DNA of 64,000 bases from an uncultured Candidatus Rokubacteria bacterium (GTDB lineage Bacteria; Methylomirabilota; Methylomirabilia; Rokubacteriales; CSP1-6), in NCBI GenBank assembly GCA_963789955.1, contig CAWBMV010000003.1:32001-96000 (forward strand), given 5' to 3'. Position 1 is the stretch's first letter. Each line of letters starts with the position of its first letter. Below, in pieces: positions 1 to 9,315 of this stretch. The notes beneath the pieces are model-generated. The model searched no databases, was not told the origin of the DNA, and saw nothing but the letters and a program-made list of their open reading frames with translations. Position numbers and translations under genes: made by a program.

Positions 1-823
1 CGTACGGGGCGCCGGACAGCTCGAAGACCACGTCGGCCCCGAGCCCACCGGTGAGCTCGCGCACGCGAGCCAGGCGCGCCTCCGCTGTCGGAAGCTCCTC
101 GACCGACACGACACCGGACGCGCCCCAGCGCTTCGCCAGATCGAGCCGTCGCTCTGGCGCGCCGACCACGATGAGCTCGTTCACCCCGGCGTGGTTCGCC
201 ACCGCCGCCGCGAAGAGTCCGAGCGGGCCCGCGCCCTGGATGACGACGCGCTGGTGCGGCTCGATGCGGCCGACCCGGTCGAACGCGTGGATGACGGTGC
301 GCAGGGCGCAGCTCGCCGCCGAGGCGACGCCGTCAGGCACTCCGTCCGGGATGCGCACGCGCCCGGAGGGCGGGAACACGTAGCAGTACTGCGCGAAGCC
401 GCCTACCAGATACGGAAAGCGCTCGCAGTTGGTCCGCATGTACTGCTTCTTGCGGCGGCAGAGCGTCGGCGTGTGCTGCACGCGGCATTCGTGACACTGG
501 CCGCAGTACACGTGGGTCCACAGGAGACGATCGCCTTCCTTCAGCGGCTGCCCGATCGAGTCCTCGCGCGGGCCCGGGCCGAACGCGACCACCGTACCCA
601 TCATTTCGTGACCGAGCACGATCGGCAGCTGCGCCGGCGCCAGGGCCTGGGTCATGCCGTCCCACTGGTGGACGTCCGAGCCGCAGATCGACGCGACGTC
701 CACCCGGACCAGCAGCGATCCGGGCTCGAGCTCGTCTTCCCTCGGTATCGGAAGCTCGCGGATCTCGATCGGCTTGCCGTACTCGGCGACGACAGCGGCG
801 CGCGCGGTCTTGGGCAGGCTCAT
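1..823 (-). CDS. Zinc-binding alcohol dehydrogenase (MDR family), runs off the window start
   Basis: Manual translation from ATG 823: MSLPKTARAAVV...ICGSDVH...LGHE...CGQCHEC...C (structural Zn)...GAGPLG. RBS GGAGGAG upstream. Confidence 0.9.
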   Translation of the reverse strand, partial: MSLPKTARAAVVAEYGKPIEIRELPIPREDELEPGSLLVRVDVASICGSDVHQWDGMTQALAPAQLPIVLGHEMMGTVVAFGPGPREDSIGQPLKEGDRLLWTHVYCGQCHECRVQHTPTLCRRKKQYMRTNCERFPYLVGGFAQYCYVFPPSGRVRIPDGVPDGVASAASCALRTVIHAFDRVGRIEPHQRVVIQGAGPLGLFAAAVANHAGVNELIVVGAPERRLDLAKRWGASGVVSVEELPTAEARLARVRELTGGLGADVVFELSGAPY

Positions 824-847
824 GGGGGACCCTCCTCCGATTGGAAG

Positions 848-894
848 CGCGCCTCGGCCGGCGGGGCCCCAGCCCCGCGACGGCCTGCAGCGCG
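848..894. repeat. 47-bp intergenic hairpin repeat, copy 1
   Basis: cgcgcctcggccggcggggccccagccccgcgacggcctgcagcgcg is identical to 21136-21182. Contains nested inverted repeats. Confidence 0.9.
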
Positions 895-958
895 CACTGC
901 GGCAGCCGCGAGTATACCGATGTTCGCTAACCGCGATGCGATTCGGTAGGATGGCGAC

Positions 959-1150
959 ATGGCCCAGGCCCCGACGAGCGAGTGCAAGCACGGATTGAAG
1001 CACGGGTGCGCGTACTGCCACGTGATGAAGCCGCTCCCGACCACGCCCGCCCCGTCCAAGAAGAAGACGCGCGGTTCGGCGCTGTCCGAGAAGATGAACG
1101 ACCGGATGACGGCCCTGAAGCGCCGCCTGCGCGAGATCCGAGGCGAATAG
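959..1150 (+). CDS. Small hypothetical protein with CxH...CxxCH putative metal-binding motif and basic helical tail
   Basis: 63-aa ORF with GC3-biased codons, filling an intergenic gap. Confidence 0.6.
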   Translation: MAQAPTSECKHGLKHGCAYCHVMKPLPTTPAPSKKKTRGSALSEKMNDRMTALKRRLREIRGE

Positions 1151-1201
1151 ACGCGCACCGCCCGAGCGCCGGTCCGCGCGGCCAGGAGAGCGTCCCGCCG
1201 G

Positions 1202-2016
1202 GTGCGCGCGCGTCCATCGCGGTTCCCGCGCATCCGTGCGATCCTTCGATTCCTTCACAAAGCGTTGCTGGTCCTCCTGGCGTTGCCGCTGGCGATCCGC
1301 ATCATCGTCGCGGCGGTCCTGCTCATCGCGGTGTGGTCGGCGGTGAACTGGACGTATCAGGTGATCCGCAAGCCGACCGAGCTCTTCTTCCCGGTCAGCG
1401 GCGCGTTGTCGAAGACGCCCGTCCGAGACGTGGCGGCAATACGAGCCGCTCTTTCGCGCGCACGCCACCGCGGTCATGTCGCCCGAGCTGCTGGCGGCGC
1501 TGGCTCAGGTCGAAGGCGCGGGCAACCCCGTGGCGCGCACGTACTGGCGCTGGCAGCTCAGCTGGAATCCGTTCCGGCTGTACCGGCCGGCGTCGAGCGC
1601 GGTCGGCATGTACCAGATCACCGATCCCACGTTTCTCGAGGCGCGGCGCTTCTGCATCCATAACCACGTGGTCGTCGAGACCGGGCCGTGGCACGAGTGG
1701 CGGTCGTGCTGGTTCAACAGCCTCTACACGCGCGTGGTGCCGAGCCACGCGGTCGAGATGACCTCAGCACTCCTGGATCGAAGCGTCGCCAGCACGATGG
1801 CGCGCCAGCGGGTCGGCGCCGCCACCTCGCAGCAGAAGCAGGACCTGGCGGCCATCATTCATCTGTGCGGCGCCGGACCCGGCGACGCCTACGCGCGCCA
1901 CGGGTTCAAGCTGACGCCCGGACCAGAAGTGCGGCGACCATGACGTGAAGGGCTACCTCGGCGGCGTCAATGCGATGAAGCGCCAGTTCGCTCGGATGGC
2001 AGACGCCGGGCGCTGA
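1202..2016 (+). CDS. Membrane-anchored lytic transglycosylase (SLT-like) protein, frameshifted
   Basis: N-terminal TM in ORF 1202-1663. LAALAQVEGAGN and SAVGMYQIT motifs in ORF 1476-1943. Tail QKCGDHDV...* ends at 2016. Two indels. Confidence 0.7.
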
Positions 2017-2041
2017 GAAGGGCGCATCTGCTGCACCCTTC

Positions 2042-2893
2042 TCAGCGCCCGGACGAGCTGCGCATCACCGCGGCGAAGTTGTCGAGGCGCGGGAGGATGG
2101 CTTCGCGGCCCTCGGAGGGGAGGCCGAAGATCGCGCGTTCGACGCCGGCGGCGGCGAGGGCGTCGAGGGCCGGTTTCTTCGGCGGCGCAAAGAAGATCGA
2201 GACCGGCGCGGTCTTCGGATCGCGGCCGGCTTTCTTCAGCCGCTCGCGGAGCTCGGGGATCTTTTCGACGGGGCTCGTCTTCGGGCGCATGATCGGCATC
2301 CAGCCGTCGCCGAATTCCACGACGCGATCGAACGTGGTCGCGCCGTCGCCGCCGATGATGATCGGCGGGTGCGGCTTCTGCACCGGCTTCGGATCGGCCC
2401 AGATCTTGTCGAAGTTCACGAACTCACCGTGGAACTCGGCCTCGCGCTTGGTCCAGATCTCTTTCATCGCCAGCACGCGCTCGCGCAGGAGACGCCAGCG
2501 GCTCTTCCACTCCGTGCCGTGGTTCAGCATCTCTTCCTGGTTCCACCCGCCGCCGATGCCGAAGAGCACGCGGCCGTTCGACAGGCGATCGAGCGTCGCG
2601 ACTTCTTTCGCCATCGTGATCGGATCGCGCTCGATGACCAGGCAGATGCCGGTGCCGAGCTTGAGCCGCTTGGTCGCCGCGCTCGCCGCCATGAGCGCGA
2701 CGAACGGATCGTACGACGACCAGTACTCTCTCGGAAGCTCGCCGCCGCCCGGCCACGGGCTTCGACGGCTCGCCGGAATGTGCGTGTGCTCCGGGAACCA
2801 CACCGACTCGAAGCCGCGCTCCTCGAGCGCCCGCGCGAGCTCGTCCGGTGCCATCGCGTACTCGGTGGGGAACATGACGACGCCGTAGTGCAT
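2042..2893 (-). CDS. LLM class (F420-dependent-type) oxidoreductase
   Basis: GFESVWFPEHTHIP, DPFVAL, LDRLSNGR, KPVQKPHPPI motifs. Likely start MHYGVVMF. Confidence 0.9.
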   Translation of the reverse strand: MHYGVVMFPTEYAMAPDELARALEERGFESVWFPEHTHIPASRRSPWPGGGELPREYWSSYDPFVALMAASAATKRLKLGTGICLVIERDPITMAKEVATLDRLSNGRVLFGIGGGWNQEEMLNHGTEWKSRWRLLRERVLAMKEIWTKREAEFHGEFVNFDKIWADPKPVQKPHPPIIIGGDGATTFDRVVEFGDGWMPIMRPKTSPVEKIPELRERLKKAGRDPKTAPVSIFFAPPKKPALDALAAAGVERAIFGLPSEGREAILPRLDNFAAVMRSSSGR

Positions 2894-2927
2894 GAAGACC
2901 TCCTTGGGTTCGAGTAGCATACGCCGA

Positions 2928-4046
2928 GTGACACCTCCTCGGCACGTGATCGTCTGCGGCGCCGGCGTCGTCGGCGCCTCGGTCGCCTACTTCCTGACCC
3001 GGCGCGGCGTCGCCGTCACGGTCGTCGAGCGCTCGGGCGTGGCGTGCGCCGCGTCGGGCAAGTCCGGCGGATTTCTCGCGCTCGACTGGTGCGACGGCTC
3101 GCCGCTCGGACCGCTGGCGCGCGCGAGCTTCGCGCTCCACGCCGAGCTGGCCAAGGAGCTCGGTAGCGACTACGGCTATCGTCGCATGGACACGTTCATG
3201 CTGGCCGCCCGCGAGAAGAGGCGCGCTGGCCGGCGGCCATCGCGGGACCGCGCCGCGCTGGCTCGACGGCCCGGAATCGTCACCGCGACGCTCGGCTCGA
3301 TCGAGACCACGGCTCAGGTGACGCCCGCACGATTCACGACGGCACTTGTTCGACGCGGCGCAGGCTCGCGGGGCGAAGCTTCGCCGCGCCGTCGTCGACG
3401 ACATCGCGCGCCGAGATGGCGCGGCGTCCGGCGTGGTGACGGCCGACGGCGAGACGCTCGAGGGCGACGCCGTCGTCCTGGCGATGGGGCCGTGGACCGG
3501 GCGGCTGGCCGGCCGGCGTGCGGCTGCCGAGCGTCTACGGGCTCAAGGGCTACAGCGTGACGCTCGCCGCGCCGGAGGTGCCCGCCCACGCGCTCTTCGT
3601 CGACTATCGCACCGCCGACGGCCGCGCGCTGGAGCCGGAGATCTTCCCGAGGCCCGAGGGCGAGGTCTACGTGTGCGGGATGGCCGATCCGGCGCCGCTG
3701 CCGGATTCGCCGGAGCTGGTCGAGGTGAACGACGACTCGTGCGCGGTGCTGGCGCGCGCCGCCGGTCGCGTGTCGACCATGCTCGCGCGGCGCTCGCATC
3801 GTGCGTCGTCAGGCGTGCTATCGGCCCGTCACCGACGATGGGCTGCCGTTGATCGGTCCCGTGCCAGGCCTGCGCGGCGCCTACGTCGCGACCGGCCACG
3901 GCCCGTGGGGAATCCTGAACGCGCCCGCGACCGGGCTCGCGATGGCCGAGCTAGTCGCCGACGGCGCGGCGTCGTTGGTCGATCTGCGCGCGTTCGATCC
4001 CGCGCGCTTGACTCTCGCGCCAGGCCGATATAGTCCGGCCACGATC
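2928..4046 (+). CDS. FAD-dependent oxidoreductase (DAO family), frameshifted
   Basis: GAGVVG FAD motif, ASGKSGGFLA, and C-terminal QACYRP..DGLPLIG..ATGHGPWGILNAPATG are spread over four frames. Stop position uncertain. Confidence 0.8.
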
Positions 4047-5276
4047 ATGAGCGACTTCCTGCTCGCCGGCATGCGCGTCATCGACGCGGCAAGCTTCATC
4101 GCCGGACCGGTGGCCACCACGATCATGGCCGACCTCGGCGCCGATGTGATCAAGATCGAGCCGCCCGACGGCGACCCGTATCGCAATCGCACCGGCGGGC
4201 CCGGCGTGGCCGAGAGCCCGTACAACTATCGCTGGATCATCGACAACCGCACCAAGCGCGGGCTCGCCCTGGATTTGCGCCAGCCGGCCGGGCAGGCGGT
4301 GGTCCATCGGCTCGTCGAGCGCGCCGACGTCTTCGTCACGAACACGCCACTCGAATCACGCGCGCGCCTCGGTATTCGGTGGAGTGACCTGGCCCCGCTC
4401 AACCCGCGGCTCGTCTACGCGTCGATGACCGCGTACGGCGAGCGCGGCGAAGAGGCCCCACGCACTGGCTTCGACGCGACGGCGCTGTGGGCGCGCACCG
4501 GGTTGATGGATCTCGTCAGGCCGTCGCCGGATTCACCGCCTGCCCGCTCGCTGCCGGGGATGGGGGATCACCCGACCGGCGTCAGCCTGTTCGCGGCGAT
4601 CATGACCGCGCTCTACCAGCGCGATCGGACCGGCCGCGGCACGATGGTGTCGACCTCGCTCCTCGCCAACGGCCTCTGGTGGAACGCGACACAGATCCAG
4701 GCCGCGCTCTGCGGCGCGCGCGTCGAGCCGCGGCCGCCGCGCGAGCAGCCGGCCACCGCGCTGGCGAATCTCTACCGCTGCGCCGACAACCGCTGGTTCC
4801 TGCTGAACGTGTTGAACGACGATCGGGACTGGCCGCATCTTCTGAAGGCGCTCGAGCGGCCCGAGCTCGCCGACGATCCACGCTTCGCCACGACGCCGGC
4901 CCGGCGGGCGAACGCTCGGGCGCTCGTGCCGATCTTCGATGCGGTCTTCGCCAAGCGACCGTGGGCGGAGTGGCGCGCGATCCTGAATCAACATCGCCTG
5001 ACCTTCGGCGAGGTGGGCACCGTGGACGACGCGCGCGACGATCCGCAGATGGTGGCCAGCGGCGCCCTGGTGCCGATCGACGATCCCCGCGCGGGCGCGT
5101 CACTCACCGTGGCGAGCCCGCTCTGGCTCGAGGACGCGCCCAAGGTCGCCCCGCGCTATCCGCCCGAGCTCGGCGAGCACTCCGGCGAGATCCTTCGCGA
5201 GCTCGGCTACGGCGAGGCGGAGATCGACGCGCTGATCGCCTCGCGCGTCATCGTGCAAGGCAAGAGCGCGTCCTGA
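4047..5276 (+). CDS. CoA transferase family III (CaiB/BaiF)
   Basis: LAGMRVID..IAGP..LGADVIKIEPP.GD, NRTKRGLALDL, PELGEHS motifs. Confidence 0.92.
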   Translation: MSDFLLAGMRVIDAASFIAGPVATTIMADLGADVIKIEPPDGDPYRNRTGGPGVAESPYNYRWIIDNRTKRGLALDLRQPAGQAVVHRLVERADVFVTNTPLESRARLGIRWSDLAPLNPRLVYASMTAYGERGEEAPRTGFDATALWARTGLMDLVRPSPDSPPARSLPGMGDHPTGVSLFAAIMTALYQRDRTGRGTMVSTSLLANGLWWNATQIQAALCGARVEPRPPREQPATALANLYRCADNRWFLLNVLNDDRDWPHLLKALERPELADDPRFATTPARRANARALVPIFDAVFAKRPWAEWRAILNQHRLTFGEVGTVDDARDDPQMVASGALVPIDDPRAGASLTVASPLWLEDAPKVAPRYPPELGEHSGEILRELGYGEAEIDALIASRVIVQGKSAS

Positions 5277-5306
5277 GGCTCGCTGTCAGGGTCGTGGCGG
5301 CGACGC

Positions 5307-5468
5307 GAGCACGCCCACGGCATCGTGGCCGAGCTGACCACGCTCGTGATCGCGCGCCTGGGCGAGCCGCTGCGCTTCGTCGAGCTCGAGGGCGACGCCG
5401 TCTTCGCGTACGCGCCGATCGCCGCCTTCGGGGACGCCGAGCGGCTGCTCGACATGATCGAGGGCTGC
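5307..5468 (+). pseudogene. Internal fragment of a DUF2652-like protein
   Basis: EHAHGIVAELTTLVIARLGEPLRFVELEGDAVFAYA...LLDMIEGC. No start codon. Ends where base composition shifts. Confidence 0.55.
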
Positions 5469-5541
5469 TGTGCTTTACAAGTTCTGGCTTAGCGGCGGAC
5501 AGGGTTTCCCAGATGTCTTACGAATCAAGTCTTTCCGGAAA

Positions 5542-5556
5542 CGGCATTGCCCTTGC
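5542..5556 (+). promoter_or_regulatory. Sigma-54 -24/-12 promoter of the PEP-CTERM gene
   Basis: CGGCATTGCCCTTGC (GG-N10-GC). Confidence 0.7.
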
Positions 5557-5591
5557 GTACTTGGGCGGTTGGGTCGCCACGAATGCTAATG

Positions 5592-5608
5592 TGTAAACTT
5601 TTTCGACA
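5592..5608. promoter_or_regulatory. Putative PrsR/enhancer-binding-protein site (TGT-N11-ACA)
   Basis: TGTAAACTTTTTCGACA. A further TTTACA lies at 5474-5479. Confidence 0.5.
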
Positions 5609-5661
5609 CGCCCAACCGAACATACTGTTCAGCACGAGGACCATACCCACGGAGCCTAAGG

Positions 5662-6333
5662 ATGCGTAAGGTACTGCGACTGTTCGCCATGGTGGGATTG
5701 ATCTTCCTCACCTCGATCCTTGGGGCGATCTTGCTGGCCCTGGGAACGGGCGCGGCTCGGGCAGGCATCATCAGTGGAACAACCGTGGGGGGACCAGGAG
5801 GGGCTGGCGTCGGTGTCACAACTACGGTCGTGCCCAACAACGATAACGTTGCCGCGATGAATGCCAACACGATCATCCTCGGCCAGTTGTTCACGTCGAT
5901 CGCCCCAATCGATACGGTGTTCGCGGTGACGGCCTCCACGGGAACCACGGAGTACTTGGCCAGCATCGTCACAGTGAACACCACGGGCGTCCCGTGGAGC
6001 GACTTTCACTTCCAGCTGATCCCAACAACTGCGAACGACGGCCTAGACTTTGACTTCCCCGACCATGATCCGGTGTCCGCATCGACCGCCTTCACGAGCC
6101 TCGTCCAAGGGCAAGACACCATCGATTGGTCGGGTGGTTCGGTCGGGTCTCCCGGCGTCGCGGTCCAGAGCTTGTCGATTGACGTACCAGACGTCGCGGG
6201 AGGGACTTTCACCCTCCGCGCAGTTCCCACGGTGCCTGAGCCCTCGACGGCGGTAATCGTCGGTTCAGGTCTGCTGAGCCTGTTTGGCTACGGTTGGTGG
6301 CGCCGGAACCGGGCAAACCGAGTCGACGACTGA
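5662..6333 (+). CDS. PEP-CTERM sorting-domain protein
   Basis: N-terminal signal peptide. C-terminal VPEPST + hydrophobic helix + WWRRNR. Confidence 0.92.
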   Translation: MRKVLRLFAMVGLIFLTSILGAILLALGTGAARAGIISGTTVGGPGGAGVGVTTTVVPNNDNVAAMNANTIILGQLFTSIAPIDTVFAVTASTGTTEYLASIVTVNTTGVPWSDFHFQLIPTTANDGLDFDFPDHDPVSASTAFTSLVQGQDTIDWSGGSVGSPGVAVQSLSIDVPDVAGGTFTLRAVPTVPEPSTAVIVGSGLLSLFGYGWWRRNRANRVDD

Positions 6334-6403
6334 TTCCTTGTCTCGGTACCGGGGGCTGCTCGCCCGTCGCGCCAAAGCGAAGAGGAGCCAGTAGTCCGGT
6401 TCG

Positions 6404-7765
6404 TTAGCGGAATTCCTTCGCATTCACTTGATGTTTGTGGATCATTCCGTGGAAGGTCGGGCGACTCACACCCAGGAGCTGCGCGGCCCGGCTGATGTTT
6501 CCGCGCGTCTTGACAAGAGCTTCCACTAAGGCCTCGCGCTCGGCCCGGTGCCGCGCCTGGCGCAGAGAGGCCTGGTCGGAGTCTCCCTTAGCCACTTCGA
6601 TGCCGAGGTCGCCGGCCTCGATGAGCTTCTCCTTGGTCATGATGACCGCGCGCTCCACCGTGTTCTCCAACTCCCGGATGTTGCCCGGCCAGGGGTAGTG
6701 GATGATCGCCTCCAGGGCCGAGGCGCTGAAGCGCAACTTTCGCCGATGCTGCTGGCTGCTCCGGCGGAGGAAGGCGTTGGCGAGCAGGACGACATCATCG
6801 CCCCGCTCGCGGAGTGCCGGGAGTCTCAGGTTGACGACCGAGAGGCGATAGTAGAGATCCTCGCGAAACCGTCCGGAATGAAGCTCTACCTTCAGATCCT
6901 TGTTGGTCGCGGCGATGACCCGAGCGTCCACGCGGACCACCTCGCGGCCGCCCACGCGCTCGATCTCGCGCTGCTGGAGGAAACGGAGCAGCTTCACCTG
7001 CAGGGAGCCACTCATCTCACCGATCTCATCGAGGAAGAGGGTGCCGCCGTCGGCCATCTCGAGCTTGCCCTTACGCTGGATGTGGGCGCCCGTGTAGGCG
7101 CCCTTTTCGTGGCCGAACAGCTCGGACTCCAGCAGGGTCTCCGGGATCGCCCCGCAGTTGATCGCGACGAACGCCTGGTTGCGCCGGGCACCGTTCGAGT
7201 GGATGGCCCTCGCGAGCAGCTCCTTGCCCGTGCCGCTCTCGCCCTGGATCAGCACCGTCGCGTCGGTCTTGGCGACGCGCGTCACGACGCTGAAAATTTC
7301 CCGCATGGCGGGCGCGTTCCCTAGAATGTCCTCGAAGCGCGTTGTCGTTTCGTTGGCTCGCAGGCTCTTCTCGGACTCGGCCTCGAGGGTCTTGAGATAT
7401 TCTGCCCGCTGCAAGACCACCTTCAGCTCGCTCAACTGGATCGGCTTCAGGTGATAGTCGAAGGCCCCGAGCTGGACGGCACGGATCGCGTTTTCTCGAT
7501 CGCCGTTGCCGGTAAGGACCACCACCTTCGTATGCGGCGCCGCCTTCAAGATCTCGTCGAGCGCCTTCAGGCCCTCCTCGGCGGCGTCCGGGTGAGGAGG
7601 CAGCCCGAGGTCGAGGCTGACCAGCTCGGGGTGCTCGGCCCGAAGTGTCATGAGGGCGCCGCCCCGGTCCTCGGCGAACAGCAGGGTGAAGTCGTCACGG
7701 AGCGCGTACTTCAGCTGCGTCCGGATGACCTCGTCGTCGTCGACGATCAACAGTTTGGGCTTCAT
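6404..7765 (-). CDS. prsR: PEP-CTERM-box sigma-54-dependent response regulator (REC-AAA+-Fis HTH)
   Basis: DLGLPPHPDAAEEG receiver signature, GESGTGKE, GAYTGA, WPGNIRELEN, C-terminal HTH. Adjacent to a PEP-CTERM gene. Confidence 0.85.
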   Translation of the reverse strand: MKPKLLIVDDDEVIRTQLKYALRDDFTLLFAEDRGGALMTLRAEHPELVSLDLGLPPHPDAAEEGLKALDEILKAAPHTKVVVLTGNGDRENAIRAVQLGAFDYHLKPIQLSELKVVLQRAEYLKTLEAESEKSLRANETTTRFEDILGNAPAMREIFSVVTRVAKTDATVLIQGESGTGKELLARAIHSNGARRNQAFVAINCGAIPETLLESELFGHEKGAYTGAHIQRKGKLEMADGGTLFLDEIGEMSGSLQVKLLRFLQQREIERVGGREVVRVDARVIAATNKDLKVELHSGRFREDLYYRLSVVNLRLPALRERGDDVVLLANAFLRRSSQQHRRKLRFSASALEAIIHYPWPGNIRELENTVERAVIMTKEKLIEAGDLGIEVAKGDSDQASLRQARHRAEREALVEALVKTRGNISRAAQLLGVSRPTFHGMIHKHQVNAKEFR

Positions 7766-7862
7766 CAGCGTCTTCTACTGCCCAGGGAGCGCTTAGGGTC
7801 CTCACATACTACCCAAAATACCGACGATCGGCCTCGACAGGGCCTCAACACGCTAGTGAACC

Positions 7863-9245
7863 TCAGAAGGCGCCGTTCAGAGAGGCCCGCACGCGATTTT
7901 CCGTGATTTGGCCGTCTACATCGCTCTGGGTAGTCCTCGAATACGTGTATTCGAGGCTCGAGCTGAGCCACCGAAGTATCTGGAACGTCAGGACGATCGA
8001 CCCTCCCAGCACCTTTTCGGTCCGCGGGGTGCTCGTGCCGACTCCGGGAGTCCCGCCGACGCCTGTGAAATCGTTGTCGTAGTACGAGACCCCGGCCAGC
8101 CCGCGGAACGAAGGGGTAAACGAGTAGGTAAACGAACCCGTGACGCCGGTCGTTTCGACGACGCCCTGGTTCAATGTCCCGCTGAACGTTTCTGAGAGCC
8201 CACGGACCACTCCTACGGTGGCGATAGCCGGGCCGAACCAGTACGAGAGGGTGCTTGCCGTCGAAACGAAAGGCTCTTCGGTCGAAAGCATGCTGATTCC
8301 GATATTGGCCCGGATTTCAATCCGATTCGGGAGCGCGTAATTGTCGAACAGGGAAACGTTCCACAGTCGGTAATTGCTCTCGGCGTCGGGACCCCTGACG
8401 TCTTGGGTTCTCCACGAATAGCCCGCGGAGATACCGGCGGTCATCCGCTGACTCATATCGCGCGAGAACGATGCCGTGAGCTGATGGCCGTGGAGGTCCG
8501 AGTCGCCGGTACCAGTGCCTGTAAGCGTTGTGCTCACCACGTAGTCATAACCTACCGTCAAGGTGTGGATCTGAGCGATCGAGGTCGAGACGCTCGCGCC
8601 AATGAACTGACTCGTGGTCTGTTCCCCGTTTACGTCGGAGAAATTGAAGAACCGATAGTACGGTGACGCGGTCACGTCGCCGCTGACATTCCAATCAGCG
8701 CCGAGTGAGACAGTGCTCGACGTGAACTTGCTCCGTACCTGGCGGAGTCCGAGACTGTCCGCCTGAGACGGCTCATCGCTCTGGTTCACGCTTGCTCCGA
8801 GGTTGAGCTTGAGACGAGGCGTCGCTTCCCACGAAAGTCGGCCCGCGAAATTGTTGAAGTAACCAGGCTCGTCCGCGGCAGTGTCGTAAAATCCGGAGAA
8901 CGTATACGTCGCCTGTCCAGTGAGAGGGCCGGCGTCCATCAGGACGTTCATCCCGGGCGAGACCATCGACCGGAAGTTGTCCTGGTGATTCGTGACGGTC
9001 CGGTTGAAGTTGTCGGTGTATTCCTCGGAAGCCCCGATGAGCGGATGGAACTCGAAGAGCTGCACTGGCCGCCCCGCCGTAGGGACCGGCACCGGGAACT
9101 CCATCTTCGGAGCCGACGGGATCGTCTCCGGTGGTGGGGTACGCAGGTTGAACTCACTGGCGGGGGGTGGCTCCTGCCCCGTTGTCGTCTGACCCGCCGC
9201 GACGGCCGGGACCAGGAACAGCAGTACGAACAGGACCCTTGTCAT
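7863..9245 (-). CDS. Outer-membrane beta-barrel protein (exopolysaccharide/PEP-CTERM system-associated type)
   Basis: Signal peptide, P.I..SEEYTDN N-terminal motif, amphipathic beta strands, terminal ENRVRASLNGAF. Confidence 0.78.
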   Translation of the reverse strand: MTRVLFVLLFLVPAVAAGQTTTGQEPPPASEFNLRTPPPETIPSAPKMEFPVPVPTAGRPVQLFEFHPLIGASEEYTDNFNRTVTNHQDNFRSMVSPGMNVLMDAGPLTGQATYTFSGFYDTAADEPGYFNNFAGRLSWEATPRLKLNLGASVNQSDEPSQADSLGLRQVRSKFTSSTVSLGADWNVSGDVTASPYYRFFNFSDVNGEQTTSQFIGASVSTSIAQIHTLTVGYDYVVSTTLTGTGTGDSDLHGHQLTASFSRDMSQRMTAGISAGYSWRTQDVRGPDAESNYRLWNVSLFDNYALPNRIEIRANIGISMLSTEEPFVSTASTLSYWFGPAIATVGVVRGLSETFSGTLNQGVVETTGVTGSFTYSFTPSFRGLAGVSYYDNDFTGVGGTPGVGTSTPRTEKVLGGSIVLTFQILRWLSSSLEYTYSRTTQSDVDGQITENRVRASLNGAF

Positions 9246-9315
9246 GGTCGGCTAATCTAACATCCTAGGGGGGTTCGAGAGCGCTCCGTTCAAGGGGGCC
9301 TCTCGCGTCGCGCGC

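Noticed and set aside
1007..1021. c-type cytochrome (CAYCH)
   Set aside because: No signal peptide and only 63 aa, so zinc binding is more plausible.
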